64,000 bases of DNA, taken from positions 86,244,001 through 86,308,000 of the forward strand of contig NW_024704743.1 in the NCBI RefSeq assembly GCF_018977255.1. Reading direction: 5' to 3'. Shown here piece by piece: positions 38,801 through 52,301 of the stretch (positions are counted from its first letter, which is position 1; the number at the start of each line of letters is the position of its first letter). Under the pieces are notes generated by a model that had not been told where the DNA came from, searched no databases, and worked only from the letters and a program-made list of their open reading frames with translations. The position numbers and the translations under genes are program-made. Source of the stretch: Callorhinchus milii (taxonomy: Eukaryota).

Positions 38801-39284
38801 TTGTAATTTGTGACTCAAATCTATTCTTATGAGTATGGCATTTCAGACTCTAATAGGTTTGAAAATAAATATAAAAAGGAGACAAATAAATAATGTTAAA
38901 ATACAGCTGATTGCAAATAACATAATTATGCAGGATTGCAGAGTGCCATGCTGTGGTACTGTAAAGAATGGATTTCTGTTTTCCTCTTCTATTAGACAAC
39001 TTTTTTTTATGATGGACAACTAGCTAGATAATTCAGCTGAATTGTGGATTGGGACAGTATTGCTTCTTATTCTAATTTCCAAAATTATTTAATTTGTTTT
39101 CCTTCAATAGAATTTTGAAACTTTGGAAACCAGATGCTGGTGGAATTAAAAATCTGTCACTTTCAAAACCAGATCTTTAAATCTGTGAAACTTGAAGTTC
39201 AAGAGCTGTTTTGCCCACCAGGAAGCTCGCAGGGAGCTCCTGGTACCTGACATGTCACCTAACAGTGAGGGCTTAAATCCGCGC

Positions 39285-39925
39285 TTGTCAGATGTCAAAT
39301 AAACAACTAGTGTCTATCCTCCTTGGGGGAAGAAGTAAATGGGGTCCCCTTGGAGCTGAAATGGCTCCAAGGTGACATGCTTGGCAAAGGCATCTTAGAA
39401 TTGAACCATCCCTCTGTGGCGGAATTGGTTGTCCAGTTCCTGAGCAACACGGGTCTGCAGTACTCCAGAGCACTGCTACTGACAGCACAGTGAGGCTGGC
39501 TCATCAGCAGCATTTGGAAGGGCAGACCAGTCATTGGGGGCAGGGACTATTTGCATTCAGTTCCTGTTAAATCTGCAAACCAAAGCCCTAATGGACTCGA
39601 CAGAGTGGACCGAGCTGAACAAGTAGCGGGAAGCTTGCCAGACCGTGCTCCCAATGGCAAGCTCTGCTGTTTTAGCTGGTTGTACTCCAGCAGTACCCCA
39701 ATGCACACTCTTGGGGTGCCCAAACCTTGGCTCTTGCCACCTGGCACCTAATACTCTCCGGAATTAGGTAAGAAGGATGCATCACTCCAGGGAGAGAGTG
39801 AGCATTTCATCAAATGTCTCTGAATTTCCATGTTAAGATGGGATCTATGGAACTCTGGTTTCCATGCTCTTAAGCATGGTGATGGGCTTCCTCATGTGTC
39901 AGACACCCGGCTGACCAAAAAAATA
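39285..39925. repeat. Unclassified ~640-bp interspersed repeat (most complete copy)
   Basis: Homologous copies at about 7940-8376 and 46461-46925 (opposite orientation) and 11258-11615 (same orientation). Confidence 0.8.
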
Positions 39926-40575
39926 AAGTAACATAAGCCTCCCTGTAGAGTTCTATGTATTTGATTATGGATTTTCAATTGAAGAAATGATAATGATAAT
40001 TGAAATGAAATGATAATTCTGTAATGGATCGTACCAGTTGATATTCTGTAGCCTAGATCTTTAAGGAGATCTGGGATGTAATAAACAAGCTGTAAAATTG
40101 TGGCTCACTTGATGTGTTCAGAAACCACATCCTTGAGTTTTTGAAAATTGTTTGCTTCGTTAACCCATATTAATCCATGCAAGATCAAATTCTGCACAAA
40201 ATAGTTTTATTTCATCTAAGCTGATGATAAATTCATTGTTGATGCAAACAGCCAAATCATTAAAGAAAAGTGCAGATTAAGGACAAAACTAGATGCTAAG
40301 CAACATGAGGTTGGCATGGGTATTCTTTAATTCTTGCACCCTGTAATCTTGAGCACTATTTCCTGTTACAATAATACAAATCATACTTTAATTCTGTTAT
40401 TATAATGCCAGATGTGCACTGATGCATTTAGCTTGTCACCAGCCCATATTGTGCATGGCAGATTTCTTATTACAGCAGAATGTTCTGGTTTTAATGAAAT
40501 ATGGTTTTGAAATTCCTTTATTGGTTTCAAGAAGGATGGAAAATAACATGCAGTGCGAGGCAACCTATTAAATAT

Positions 40576-40902
40576 GCCATGACCTGCTCTACCTTCCCTC
40601 ACCTCCTTAACATCGCCCGACTCCGCCACTACCTCACCCCTCAGGCCACTGAAACTCTTGTTCATGCCTTCATCACCTTTCAGCTTGACTATGCAAATGC
40701 CCTGCTTGTCGGCCTTCCCAACTCCTCCCTCCACAGGCTGCAGATAATCCAGAACCCTGCAGCCTGTGTCCTCTCCCACATCAAACTCCGGGACCCCATC
40801 TCCCCCACTCTCGACCGACTCCACTGGCTCCCTATCCTTCAGAAGATCCAGTTCAAGATCCTGATCCTCACATACAAAGCCCTCCATGGCCTCGCCCCAC
40901 CC
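40576..40902 (+). mobile_element. L2 LINE fragment
   Basis: NIARLRHYLTPQATETLVHAFIT..LDYANALL..LHWLPILQKIQFKIL. Confidence 0.88.
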
Positions 40903-41046
40903 TTGCACGTAGACTTGTAAAGCTTCTGCAAGGATCCAAGGTCTTATTAGGGTTAAAGGCACTTGACGGTGCATAAAATTTGCAAACTCAAAGTCGCAAA
41001 TAGTGACTTGAATCCAGTTTTTGAATATTATATTCTAAACCTCTAT

Positions 41047-41575
41047 AACAACAACAAAATTACATTTATATAGCACCTTTCACAATGGGAGGACGTCCCA
41101 AGGCGCTGGACAGTCAAAGTTTTGGACCCGAGCTGGGGGTTGGGATCGGGGATGGTGGAGGGCAGGGGGGGAAGTAGTGTGATCGAAAGCACAGTCGAAG
41201 GAGGATCTTGAGATGGGTCTTGAAGGAGGCAAGGGAGAGGGTGTGGTGGAGGGTCTGCGGGATGGCGTTCCAGAGGGTGGGGACAGAGTGGTGGAAGACC
41301 CGCCCGCCAATACTGGGGCGAGCGAGGCGGGGAACGTGAAGCAGACCAGAGCCCATGGAGAGGAAGGAGCGAGCAGGATGGTAGGGGGTTAGGAGATTGC
41401 AGAGGTAGGGGGGAGCAAGACTAGGTGAGGACCAAGATCTTGAACTGTATTCCTCTGTGTGATTGGAAGCCTGTGGAGTCGGGTGAGGATGGGGGTGATA
41501 GAGTCACGGAGCCTGTTACGGGAGAGGATACGGGCTGCAGAGTTCTGGATGATCTGCAGCCTGCGGAGGGAGGAG
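41047..41575 (-). mobile_element. L2 LINE 3' end
   Basis: LQIIQNSAARILSR and GGRVFHHSVPTLWN, plus the L2 tail. Inverted relative to 40576-40902. Confidence 0.88.
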
Positions 41576-43100
41576 CTATAGAATCCATTGCTCACCAGGG
41601 GTGAAATTCTGCTCTGGGTTTAGATTTACTCTGTTGACTTAACATTTGAAAGCATCCAGAATTTGGCAAATTGTTGAATTCAGTCTTAACTTTGAAGTTG
41701 TTTTTTTGTAGTTGTTGAAAGAACTCACAGAAAACCCAGCTTCAAAATAAAGACCATACTTAAGAAATTGCTGAATTTTGAAATGCTAAGTCAATAAAAT
41801 AAATCTAGAACCAGGTGGAATTTCAAACTCACCATCATTGTGACTTATTTATTCTGACTTCTTCATAGAACAGTTAAATCTTAATCTTAGGACATCTGCT
41901 GCAAATGGCCTCATTCTTGCCAGAATGTAATCAGAATGTTTTGCGATAATATCAACAAGTGTTAAAAACATTAGTTGTCAGCAATCTCCTTAAAGTACTC
42001 AACCCCGCTGTTGCCAGTTAAGCAGAAAATATTTGCTTGGCGCACTGCTTTTGGCATGTTTTTGAAATGCAAATTGAATGAGGCTGTTGGAGAAGTGTTC
42101 AGTGTTCAATAGTCAAGTTGTTCAGGTTGCCTACAAACCACACAAACTACACAGTCAATATTGTTTACAGTAATGCACAGTAAATCCTCTGAAACTATTG
42201 GAGACATCCTCTTTATGTGAAATGTGCTATATTAAATGTAAGGAATATTATTATTGTTGGGAAGCTGATCTTCGCTTTGATGCTGCTGTTGTGCTTTCAA
42301 TTTTGTGACCGATATATAATAATAATAATAATCCTTGCATTTAGCATAGCACCTTTCATGTCAGGACATCTCAAAGTGCTTCATAGGATATACAGTAAAG
42401 TGTAGTGTATTTTGAAAGTGAATGTGACAGCCAAATTGTGCACAGCAATGTCCTAGAAACAGCTGTGAAATGAATGACTGATTTTATTTAGGGGATTTTT
42501 GGCCAGGACACCGGGCAAAACTCCCTTCTCTCATTCATATGAATCTAGTACTAAGTGTCTGGCATTACATTACTGTGCAAAGATTACTCTGGAATTGGTT
42601 TCTTTGCTTTTCTTCCAGCGAGAGGGGATGGAAAAGTGTTTGTGGAGAGAGGTTATTGGCAACTCACCTTTGTAAAAAGCTCCTGACATAAATGGGGAAC
42701 CCCATGTGCATCACAAGCTCCTCTCCAGTACAGAAACTGACTCCAACATCTCGTGAATAAACTACAGTTAATTAACCTGGCAAACTAGGTGGGGGAGCAG
42801 TTGACTTGACTGGTAACTTCTATGTAGCTACAAGAAGTGAATAGTTGCAGGTAAAGTTGCATTGCTCAATGCTATTTGCTCATACCGCAGTACGTACCTA
42901 TTATTGGCAGTATAGTGACTCAGTTGCTAAATGTTGCTATACTACCAATAGCAGATGATATTGGAGAAAACAGACATTTCCATACGTGGACATTTTCCAA
43001 CACAGGATCTCATGGCCAGGGATACTGGGTACGAGCCGAGATCAGCTAACTCAGTCCAGACCACTAAACCAGCTAAATTAACCTGGAGAAAATACGTTTT

Positions 43101-43402
43101 ATAATAATAATAATCCTTGCATTTGATATAGCGCTTTTCATGTCTTCTAGACGTCCCAAAGCGCTTCACAGAATATGCTGTAAAGTGAATTGACTGTGTA
43201 TTTGTGGGCGAAACACGGCAGCCAATTGTGCACAGCAGTGTCCCACAAACAGTCGTGAATTGAAGTGACCAATTTTTCTTGAGGGATTATTATCAGGTGT
43301 GTTGAGTAAGGAAACTTGCCCAAGGTTTCACCCTGCTGGGAATTGAACAGAGATCTCCCGCTTGCGGGGTAAGTGCTTTAAGTACTGAGCTACGGGACTC
43401 CA
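43101..43402 (-). mobile_element. tRNA-derived SINE, full length
   Basis: Same head, body and tail, with the alternative 3' loop variant. Confidence 0.9.
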
Positions 43403-44659
43403 CCAGCAGTGCTTTGCCAATAGGCACACAGCGGTTATCAGTTGCACTTCTAGAAAGCTCCATAGATGCCACAGTCTTTCCATAGCCTTCCCTCCCAAAC
43501 CCTCCTACCTGCTTATCGGGTGACAAATTCACTGCCTATTAAAATACAAAGCAAAGCTGGCAGCTTTAATTAGGAGACCAGCCAAATATAGTTTCCCATT
43601 ACTAAATATTTAATACATTCTATTATAAGGCCTTATAAGCACTCATAGATGCTACCCAGGATTCTATTTAAATGGAAATTGTTGTTTTTGTCATTCAAAT
43701 ACATATTGGGGGGTAAGGCCATTCATTATTTTATGCTGAAATATTGCCTCTTTACCCAGGGGGCTGTCCTACGCAATCTCTGTCCCAGCATCTTGGGACA
43801 TCCTCCCAATGTGAAAGGCACTACATAACTGCAATTTGTTGTTGCTCGCGTGGCACTGAACTCTACCTATAATTCAGATTCCCAGCCTCAGATAAAATAA
43901 ACCACAGGTTCAGAATTGCTGGTATTTATTTCTTTGATTTTGAAGTTACTGTGTGGTTGGGCGATTAGGAGGACATTTTTGTGTGCATTTGGGTATGTGG
44001 CATGCTTGTTGCTGCTTTTGTAGTATGTTCTTTGCAGATCAGCTCTGTTTTGAGTTTGGGTTCTGTCTGTAGCCTCATGCTGGGATACAGGCAAAGACTT
44101 CTTTAATTTGTTGATCTTTCATAAACTTTGCTCGTTGTCCTAGTGATTTTCTGGAATGATCTAAAAATACAGAATAATTGAAAGTCACTAACGTCAATCT
44201 TATTCCAGGTGCTCTTTTGAGTTGCATAACATGTGGAAATGCTTTGATAGAACAGGACTTAAGATGAGCAATGACTACTGGGGTGGGGTACTATATAACT
44301 ACATCCCGATATGAGGAGTCTGGGAACCAGAAAGAATGAAGCATTTTCTAATGGGGAGATGTTTACAAAATAATTGGACACATTAAAATTTTTAAAAATA
44401 TCATTTCCTCCATTTCACTCCTGAAGTAGATTGTCCATCTGGGTTGGCAAAATGTTCTTCAGGCATCAGGAGGAGTACTCATTTACACAGCTTGTTTCCC
44501 AAATTTCGAAATAGATGTCAGCTTGATTCAATGTTTTACACTCTTGCCTCTGAGTCAGAAGGTTGTGGGTTCAAGCTCCGCATCGGGACTTTGAACTCCC
44601 ATCGTTTCCGGTAACGCTTGGGTGACTACATTGCTGGGAGTGTGCTGATTTCACTCCTA

Positions 44660-44930
44660 ATTTCATTTAGAAGTGAAATCAGGAGGCGCTTTTTCACACA
44701 AAGGGGTAGTAGAAATTTGGAACTGTCTCCCACAAAAGGCTGTAGATGCTGGATCCATTCAAATTTTCAAGACTGAGATGAATAAATATTTGTTAGGTAA
44801 GGGTATCAAGGTATATGGGACAAGGGTGGGTAATTGGAGTTGAGGTACAGTTCAGCCATGATCTTATAGAATGGCAGAACAGGCTTGAGGATCTGAATGG
44901 CCTACTCCTGTTCCCATGTTCCTATGTTTA
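44660..44930 (+). mobile_element. CR1 LINE 3' end
   Basis: FFTQRVVEIWNCLP-like sequence, followed by gaatggcctactcctgttcccatgttcctatg. Splits a Deu-SINE (44515-44650 / 44935-45195). Confidence 0.7.
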
Positions 44931-45413
44931 TATGCTGCATTGTCAGAGGTGCATTTCTTCAGATGATACATTAAACCAAGGTCTTGTCTGCCTGTTTGGG
45001 TGGACATTAAAGATCCAAGTTGCTAATCGAAAAGAGAACGGAATTTCTCCTGGTTTGTATTTCCAAGATTGATCATTCACTTCACAAATTAGCTGCCACA
45101 TTCAACTATTACATTTTATTGCTAATACCATGAAGCATTGTGAGACATCATTCTGATGTGAAAAGCGCTAAATCAAAGGCATGGATTAACATTATTAAAT
45201 ATCGCAAATTGAACACCATTAATTGTTTATATTCTCTTGTACAAACAGCGGCCTTTTACACATATTCTCATTCCAAAGTGGATAATTTCACAGTTCATTG
45301 TTATATAGGTATTGAGTTAATCAAAATAAAAATTGTATTGAAATGATTTTTCTACAAAGAGGTTGTATTTCATGGTTTATAGACACAATTGTTGAGATTT
45401 TAATTTATTTGTA

Positions 45414-46034
45414 AAGAGTTTCAGTGGCCTGAGGGGTGAGGTAGTGGCACGACTCCGCCACTACCTCACCCCTGAGGCCGCTGAAACTCTTATTCATGTC
45501 TTCATCACCTCCAGGCTCGACTATGCAAACGCCCTGCTTGTCGGCCTTCCCAACTCCTCCCTCCACGGGCTGCAGATAATCCAGAACCCTGCAGCCCGTG
45601 TCCTCTCCTGCACCAAACTCCGTGACCCCATCTCCCCCATTTTCGCCCGACCTCATTGGGTCCCTATCCTTCAGAGGATCCAGTTCAAGATCCTGATCCT
45701 CACCTACAAAGCCCTCCATGGCCTCGCCCCACCCTACCTCTGCGACCTACTAACCCCCTACCAACCCGCCCGCTCCCTCTGCTCAGCCGGCTCCGGCCTG
45801 CTCCACGTCCCCCGACCCACCCGCCCCACCATTGGCGGGAGAGCCTTCAGCCACTCTGCCCCCAACCTCTAGAATTCCATTCCCCAATCACTCTGCCTCG
45901 CCCCTTCCTTAGCCTCTTTCAAGTCCTGCCTCAAAACCCTCCTCTTCGAACATGCCATTGGTCACTTCCCCTCCCTGACCCCAGCTCGGGTCTGAAAAGC
46001 TGTATACTGTCTAGCGAAGTAAAATACACTATAC
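45414..46034 (+). mobile_element. L2 LINE 3' fragment with 5' fold-back duplication
   Basis: RLRHYLTPEAAETLIHVFITSRLDYANALL... frame. 45414-45448 is the reverse complement of 45457-45491. Confidence 0.88.
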
Positions 46035-46460
46035 AAGTGTAATCGTGTTGTTGTAAATGATGAACAATTCCATCTGTTCCGAACTGGAATTTGTTTTGTA
46101 AAAACAAGAACAAAAATAGGAAGAGTGCAGAAATTACATTGTTCAAAACTTTTAGAAGTCTCTTTCTACAAAATAATATTTAACTTACAAAGTACAGTAT
46201 GTTACACTCAAATATAATATGCAATAATTCCAAACAGGATTGCTAATAAGGAATTATAGGCACTGTTTTCAGTAACTGGTAGCGCAATTCATCTACTCAT
46301 GGGGATTTCGCTCCAAAAATTGTTTGCTTCACAGTGGAGTTCTTGAAACTTGGTCTGACACACTTTCATTTTCTTTATTCAAAAATCCCATTAGAAGTCA
46401 TTGCATGTTAGATGCCAGTCTCCGTCTCAATTTATTTTATTAATTGCTTTTTTTTCCCCA

Positions 46461-46925
46461 GTCAGCCGGGTGTCTGATACATGCGGAAACCCATGCTTAA
46501 GAGTATCCAAACGAAGCTGAGATTTCCATGCATTGGGGTACTGCTGGAGTCTAACCAGCTAAAACTGCATAGCTTGCCATTGATATTACTGTCTGGCAAG
46601 CTTTCCTGCTGCTTGTCCAGCTAGGACCACCCTACCACTTAGGGCTTTGGCTTGTAGGATTAATTGTAGCTGAGTGGGATGATTCCCTGCCACAGTGACT
46701 GCTCTGCACTTCCAGGTCCTGCTGATGGCCAGCTGCCTGTATTGTCACCAGCAGTGCCCTGGAAAACTGTGGTCCCTCCTGGCTCAGGAACCCGACTACC
46801 AAGTTCTCGTTTTTACAAATTCACAGTGGGCTGGTTCAATTTCGACATTCCTTGCCAGGTATGTCAACTTGGAGCCAGTTCAGCTCCAAGGAGCCCTGCC
46901 TACCTTCCCCCCAAGGAGGATGTTA
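46461..46925. repeat. Unclassified repeat, internally deleted copy of the 39285-39925 family
   Basis: Starts gtcagccgggtgtctga after a T run and shares the body. Confidence 0.78.
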
Positions 46926-48237
46926 TGTGCTTTGCTGATCAAAAGTTAAGGCCAAAAATCCTGAAACCAATGAATAATCAATGCATTATTACCATATTTA
47001 CACAATCTTTAATGTTCCATAAAGTTAGCAACCCTGGCAGTGTGAGATTACACTGAGATAGTCTTATAATAAGGTTAGCAATGCCAATTTTAGTAAATTT
47101 ACGAATTTACAAGTAAGAGTGATATATCCCATAAATGTTCTTCTTGAAGGAGGGATTTTAATTTTACAGTACTTCCTTACTGTGATATGAAATATCACTT
47201 TTGCGGAAGCACTGAGAGAAGCAAATTAATATGGCTTGCACTCCATCAATGTGTTGCACTTGATGCCCGGCCTCAGCTCTGTTGATCACAACCATTTGAG
47301 AACCACAGGCTGAAGAAAAACACATGGGAAAAGTAAAAGGAAGAAGCAAAAGGCAATCATCTGGGCAGATATAGATGGAGACTATTTGGCTAAAATGGTC
47401 ATTCGCCCTGTGATGAGGGCCATGGAAGAGAGAACAAATGAATTGTGGGACAGTTGTTAAAAAAAACAAAAGAAGCAGATAGAGTCATTGGAAAGTGAAA
47501 CGGACAAAAAATTTCCTTTTTCATTGAAAATGAGAAGAGATCTATTATGAAACAAGAGATAAGGAGTTAGAAATAAAAAAAACAAGATGCAGATATCATA
47601 TCAACCACAAAATAGGCGTTCAGAAGTGAAGTGTTAGCCAACTCTTCTTAACAGAAAACATATTTAATAAAACCAGCATCCTATTCAAATTAAAAACTAT
47701 ACGTATGTTTGTGGCTAAAGATTGTCTTCAGTAAGGTGATCACAGATTATATTTTCGAAATTTACCATGTTGACAGAGCATGTTTTAAATGGACAGACTG
47801 CTTACTTTTTTTTGCTATATTCTCTATAATAATAATATCTCCCTCTTTATTGAACCAGATCTTTATCCGTTTTCTTGGTGGTTTCATCGTAACCATCGTT
47901 TCATCTTTAAAAAGCTCAGCATTGCAGATATTTTGCACAATATTTGCACACAGTTTCTCAATGCACTAAACACAGATTGTTTCTGGTAAATTGACCCCAT
48001 TGGTGTATCACAATCAGGTTGTGCCGGTAAGTAGCTGGATTAGGTCATTTAGAGCATATGTCAGAATGTGGGTAAATCTGGATCCAATATAGATAACATT
48101 CTCCAGTGGTGTCTGGATCTCATACTTAACTCTTCTTAATAATGTTGGTTTATGGGCTTTACTTCTGATCAAGAAGATTATACTTCAAATCAAGAGGCTT
48201 TTAAAAACTCAGGAGCTAGAGAAAAAAACTTGAAAGA

Positions 48238-48634
48238 GTTTGCATTCTTATAGCGCCTCATCATGTTGAAATGTCGCAAATTGAAATGTCACAAACTGCT
48301 TCACAGATAATTACTGTCAAGTATGGTAACTGTGTATATTTAGCTGCCAATTTGTGTATCATAATCTTCCACAAACAGTTATGAAGTGAATGACAAAATT
48401 TATCTGTAGGTTTACTGGCGAGGACAGGATAAAACACCCTACTCTTTTCAAATAATGTCACGTCTTGAACATTCACCTAAGGAATAGACCAACGAGACTT
48501 TGGTTTTACGTTCTCATTTGAAGGATGGCACATATGACAACAATAAGAGCTTCCCAGCATTATATTGGAATATCACAGTAGACTGAGCTCAACTCCTGAA
48601 GCAAAAGTACCACCATCTGAGCAAAACTGACACC
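48238..48634 (-). mobile_element. Deu-domain SINE, diverged
   Basis: Same tail, core and head order as the other copies. Confidence 0.65.
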
Positions 48635-51600
48635 ATGAAACACTTCTTGTGTGTATTTGCCAGCTATATAGTGCTCTGGTCAGCTTGATCTTGGAGTACT
48701 TTGTGTCGCTGTGACATAAGAGGATTGCCCAGACCGTAGAGGCAGTATAGAGGGATAAATGATCATTAGAAATATTTATTTATCCATTTTTCCATTAAAC
48801 CCTCAATCAACGTTCTATCTGCAGCTTTTTCAGGTAGTGCGTTCCAAAATTATATCACTAGGGTAGTCATTGATTCATATGGCCTGCAACACAAGGAAAG
48901 AATACATTTAATCAGAAACATGAGAGGCCCGGGCATTATCTAACATCCTTATATTGTATAGACTTCCAAATTAAGTAAATCTTAAGGTGACTGAAGAATT
49001 CAAATGAGTCTGAGTTGAGCCAACACAAAGGAGAATTCAATGTGGATCGCCTCAATTCAGTAATGCACCAACTTACTCTAAGAGCCGCCAAAATACAGTG
49101 GAAGGTTGTTACCCAATAAATAGCTAACATAATTGGGACAAAATTATAAAATCTGATGGCAGCTTTAATACAGGTTAATCTCAATAGAAAAGTAAGCGGT
49201 GAAGCATCTCAAACTCATTTTTGTTCACCTCTATGAGGTTTCCTTTGAGTTGTTTCTTTTTAAGAATAAATAGCCCTAGTAGACTAATCATTGTTAATTC
49301 CTCTAACACTGGGGTTCTTTTTTGCTGCTGCCTACTGAGCTGCCTCTCGGGACAGTGAACAGAGTTGAACAGAATTGTAATCGAACACTCTGGGTGTGGC
49401 CTGACCAGAGTAGCTGGAGTACAATGTCTGGTAAATACCCACAACAAGTGTTTGAGTGCAATTCTGAAATCAGTACTAGTTAAGGTCCTGCAAAACCTTT
49501 TCTGATCCCACGCAAGTTGTACGAGGCAGCAGTTATGACAGATAGTAGATGTTTGAGGTCTGAAAGGAAAGGGGGAAATGCGGTTGTTGTTGTTTTCCCA
49601 ACCATATTAGAGAGCGCTTGGCGAAACAAAGTGCCACAACATCCCCAAAGCGCTGTGTAGACTATGTTCCTTCTCCCCCAGTATTAAACAGTTGATGAAT
49701 ACATTAATTGAACAAAGACTAGGAATAAATCTCATCAAATTTCAAAGGCAACCTGAATGTCCATGAGAGCATGAACCCAACATCCATAGCACACGTACAC
49801 TCTGGGTAATCTCTGGGTAATCACCGTGACCAAAAGCCATGGCTGATTTCCCTCCATCCTAAAATATATATACATAGTAATAATAATAAATCCTTGCAAT
49901 TGGGTATAGTGCCTTATCATGTCATTGAGACGACTGAAAAGGGCTTCACAGAATATACAACAACATCAAGAGTACATTTGTATAGCCCCTTTCACGTTGG
50001 GAGGACGTCCCAAGCCGCTGGACAGTGTACAGCATTTCATACTCTAAAGTGAATTGAATATATTCTGTGGACGAATATATATTTAAATATATATATTTAT
50101 AATCATAATTAAAATGTAATATTATCTAATTAAATGTTGAAATCTCATGCAGTTGGTTAATATTTTTGTTGTTCACAAATTCCCAAGATCTAGGTTCCTT
50201 ATACAGTACTTGATTATGCAGCTGCTCTCATATATTTTGTTCTTGTAGTAAAACCAATATGGTTTCTCATTAATTCTAGATTAAAACCAACAATAGCATA
50301 AGTTCAGAACTCCCTTCATTGCTGAGTCTCTCCATCCTCATCATATTGTTAATCAGCAGTAAGAGTGCAATTAAACAATGTAAGTTCACCATGTCGTGGG
50401 GTCAGACCTGGATCAAGGCCAAGCCTGCATCAAAACAACCACATGTCAACAGTGGCTTTTATTAGCAAAGCATACTTTAGTTCCTAAAACATCTGGCAGA
50501 ATCAATGCATGCTTTGGATTGAACAGCTTGCATTGAATTTCTGTAAACCATCACAGTCTTTACAGAAAAAATAATAAAAGGGTAAACACCCCAGCTTTGA
50601 CTATTCTGGCAATAAATTTGCCGCAAATGATCTATCTGACTATCCCCAACAGTTCCACAGTCTTAATGTATAATATAAATTGTCAGGCTATAAATCTGTC
50701 TGTCTCCTTTGGGGTTTATAATAATGTTCTTGGTTTGATTAGTACTGGTCCTTTGAGCCTTTCGGTCTCTTTTTCTTGCTCTCTGTCACGCGTTTCTGTC
50801 AGACATGCAGCATCTTACATTTTGTCAGTCTCTGAAAGATCTCTAGCTCAATAAAGGACAAACCCCAAATATAAATTTACAGTGATACTTGCCATTCCTC
50901 AAGCTGAAAGTAAACCTAACTCAAGGCGGTCACATTTTAGGTATTTCTTATTATTATTAACAATTAGCCTGTTACAATTGTGTCTGTTTGTGGGACATTG
51001 CTACGTGCAAATAGGCTGCCATGTTCGTCCACAAAACTCACAGCCTGCACTTTACAGTATCCTGTGAAGCAAATACACACCTGACTGTTCAGCGCTTTGG
51101 GACGTCCTCCCGACGTGAAAGGCGCTCTGTAAATGTAATTTTGTTGTTGTTTTTTTAAGACGTCCTTCCAAAGTGAAAGGCGTTATACCAAATGCAAGAT
51201 TATTATGATTATTATTGCCCATCAAAATAGCTTCAAAACTAGGGTGGTATAGAAGACTTTGGTAAATTCTGGACAATCTAAACTGTTGCCTAAATAGAAT
51301 AAACCTGGCCAAGGTGGAATCTCTATCCCTTTGTGAAATGTTCCAAGAAAGCAGGAAAAGAACAATTGAAAGATTGGAGATGGCAGATTAATTTCATTGA
51401 TGTTACTGCAAGCTATTGGATATATGAGGCTATTAATGTATTTTATGAGCATTACCTTTAATGTTGTTACCTACTGTACCTTTGTGTGTGACAATCCAAA
51501 TGTTAATTCATATAAATTAAAATGATGTCTAATTGATGGCAGTAGAGTGAAGTGTCAATGTAACAATTGTAGACATCCCCAACTTTCCACTAAAATCCTG

Positions 51601-51719
51601 GTGCACAAATTTACCATTCACAGCAAGTTCAAAGTGTTATATCCCATCACTCATATTGAGGTGTACTTTACACCCCTTGTGCAAAATGTGTGGGGTTGTG
51701 GTAAATTGTCTCTTCCTAG

Positions 51720-52130
51720 CATGTACTTACGGTTTAGATTTGTACTCCAGTGCAACATTGAGGGAGTGTTGCATTGTTGCAGGTGACATCCTTTAGATGA
51801 GACCCTCAACTGAAGTCCTGATTCTGTGTTTGGGCAGAAGTTAAAAGCTCTCTGAGACATTATCCTGTGAAGATTCTACAAAGTAGTTGTTGTTAAAGAG
51901 CCCGTGACACTATTCAAAAGAGAGATTCTCCTGGTGTTCTGGCCAACTATCCTCAAAATAAAGTGGTCATTCATTTCCTGGCTATTTGTGGGACATTACT
52001 GTGAACTAATTTGTTGCCACATTTCCCGACAAATACATAGTCACTACACTTAGAAGTAATTACTGCAAAGTGCTTTGAGAAATTTTTATTTCATAGGCAT
52101 GATATCAAAAGCAAGGATCATTATTATTAT
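51720..52130 (+). mobile_element. Deu-domain SINE, diverged, partially duplicated core
   Basis: gagggagtgttgcattgttgcaggtg, ttaaagagcccgtgacactattcaaaagag and the shared tail. Confidence 0.65.
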
Positions 52131-52131
52131 G

Positions 52132-52301
52132 AGCCAAAACTGTAATTGGGGTAGGTATTCTGCTTCTGCTCGCCGATTCAGCATTTCCGATCTTGGTGGG
52201 ATTGGCATATAATGAGATTTTCTACATTACAAACTCACATCACCAAGATCAGTAAACTTACTGACTCGGGAAGTATAGGATCCCTAACCACAGTTGTGGC
52301 T
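52132..52301. mobile_element. Old fold-back MITE-like hairpin
   Basis: agccaaaactgt / acagttgtggct ends and inner gatcttggtg / caccaagatc arms. Confidence 0.55.

Noticed and set aside
38487..38832. ORFs rich in E/R/G or S/L/P
   Set aside because: Artefacts of the CT-rich low-complexity tract.
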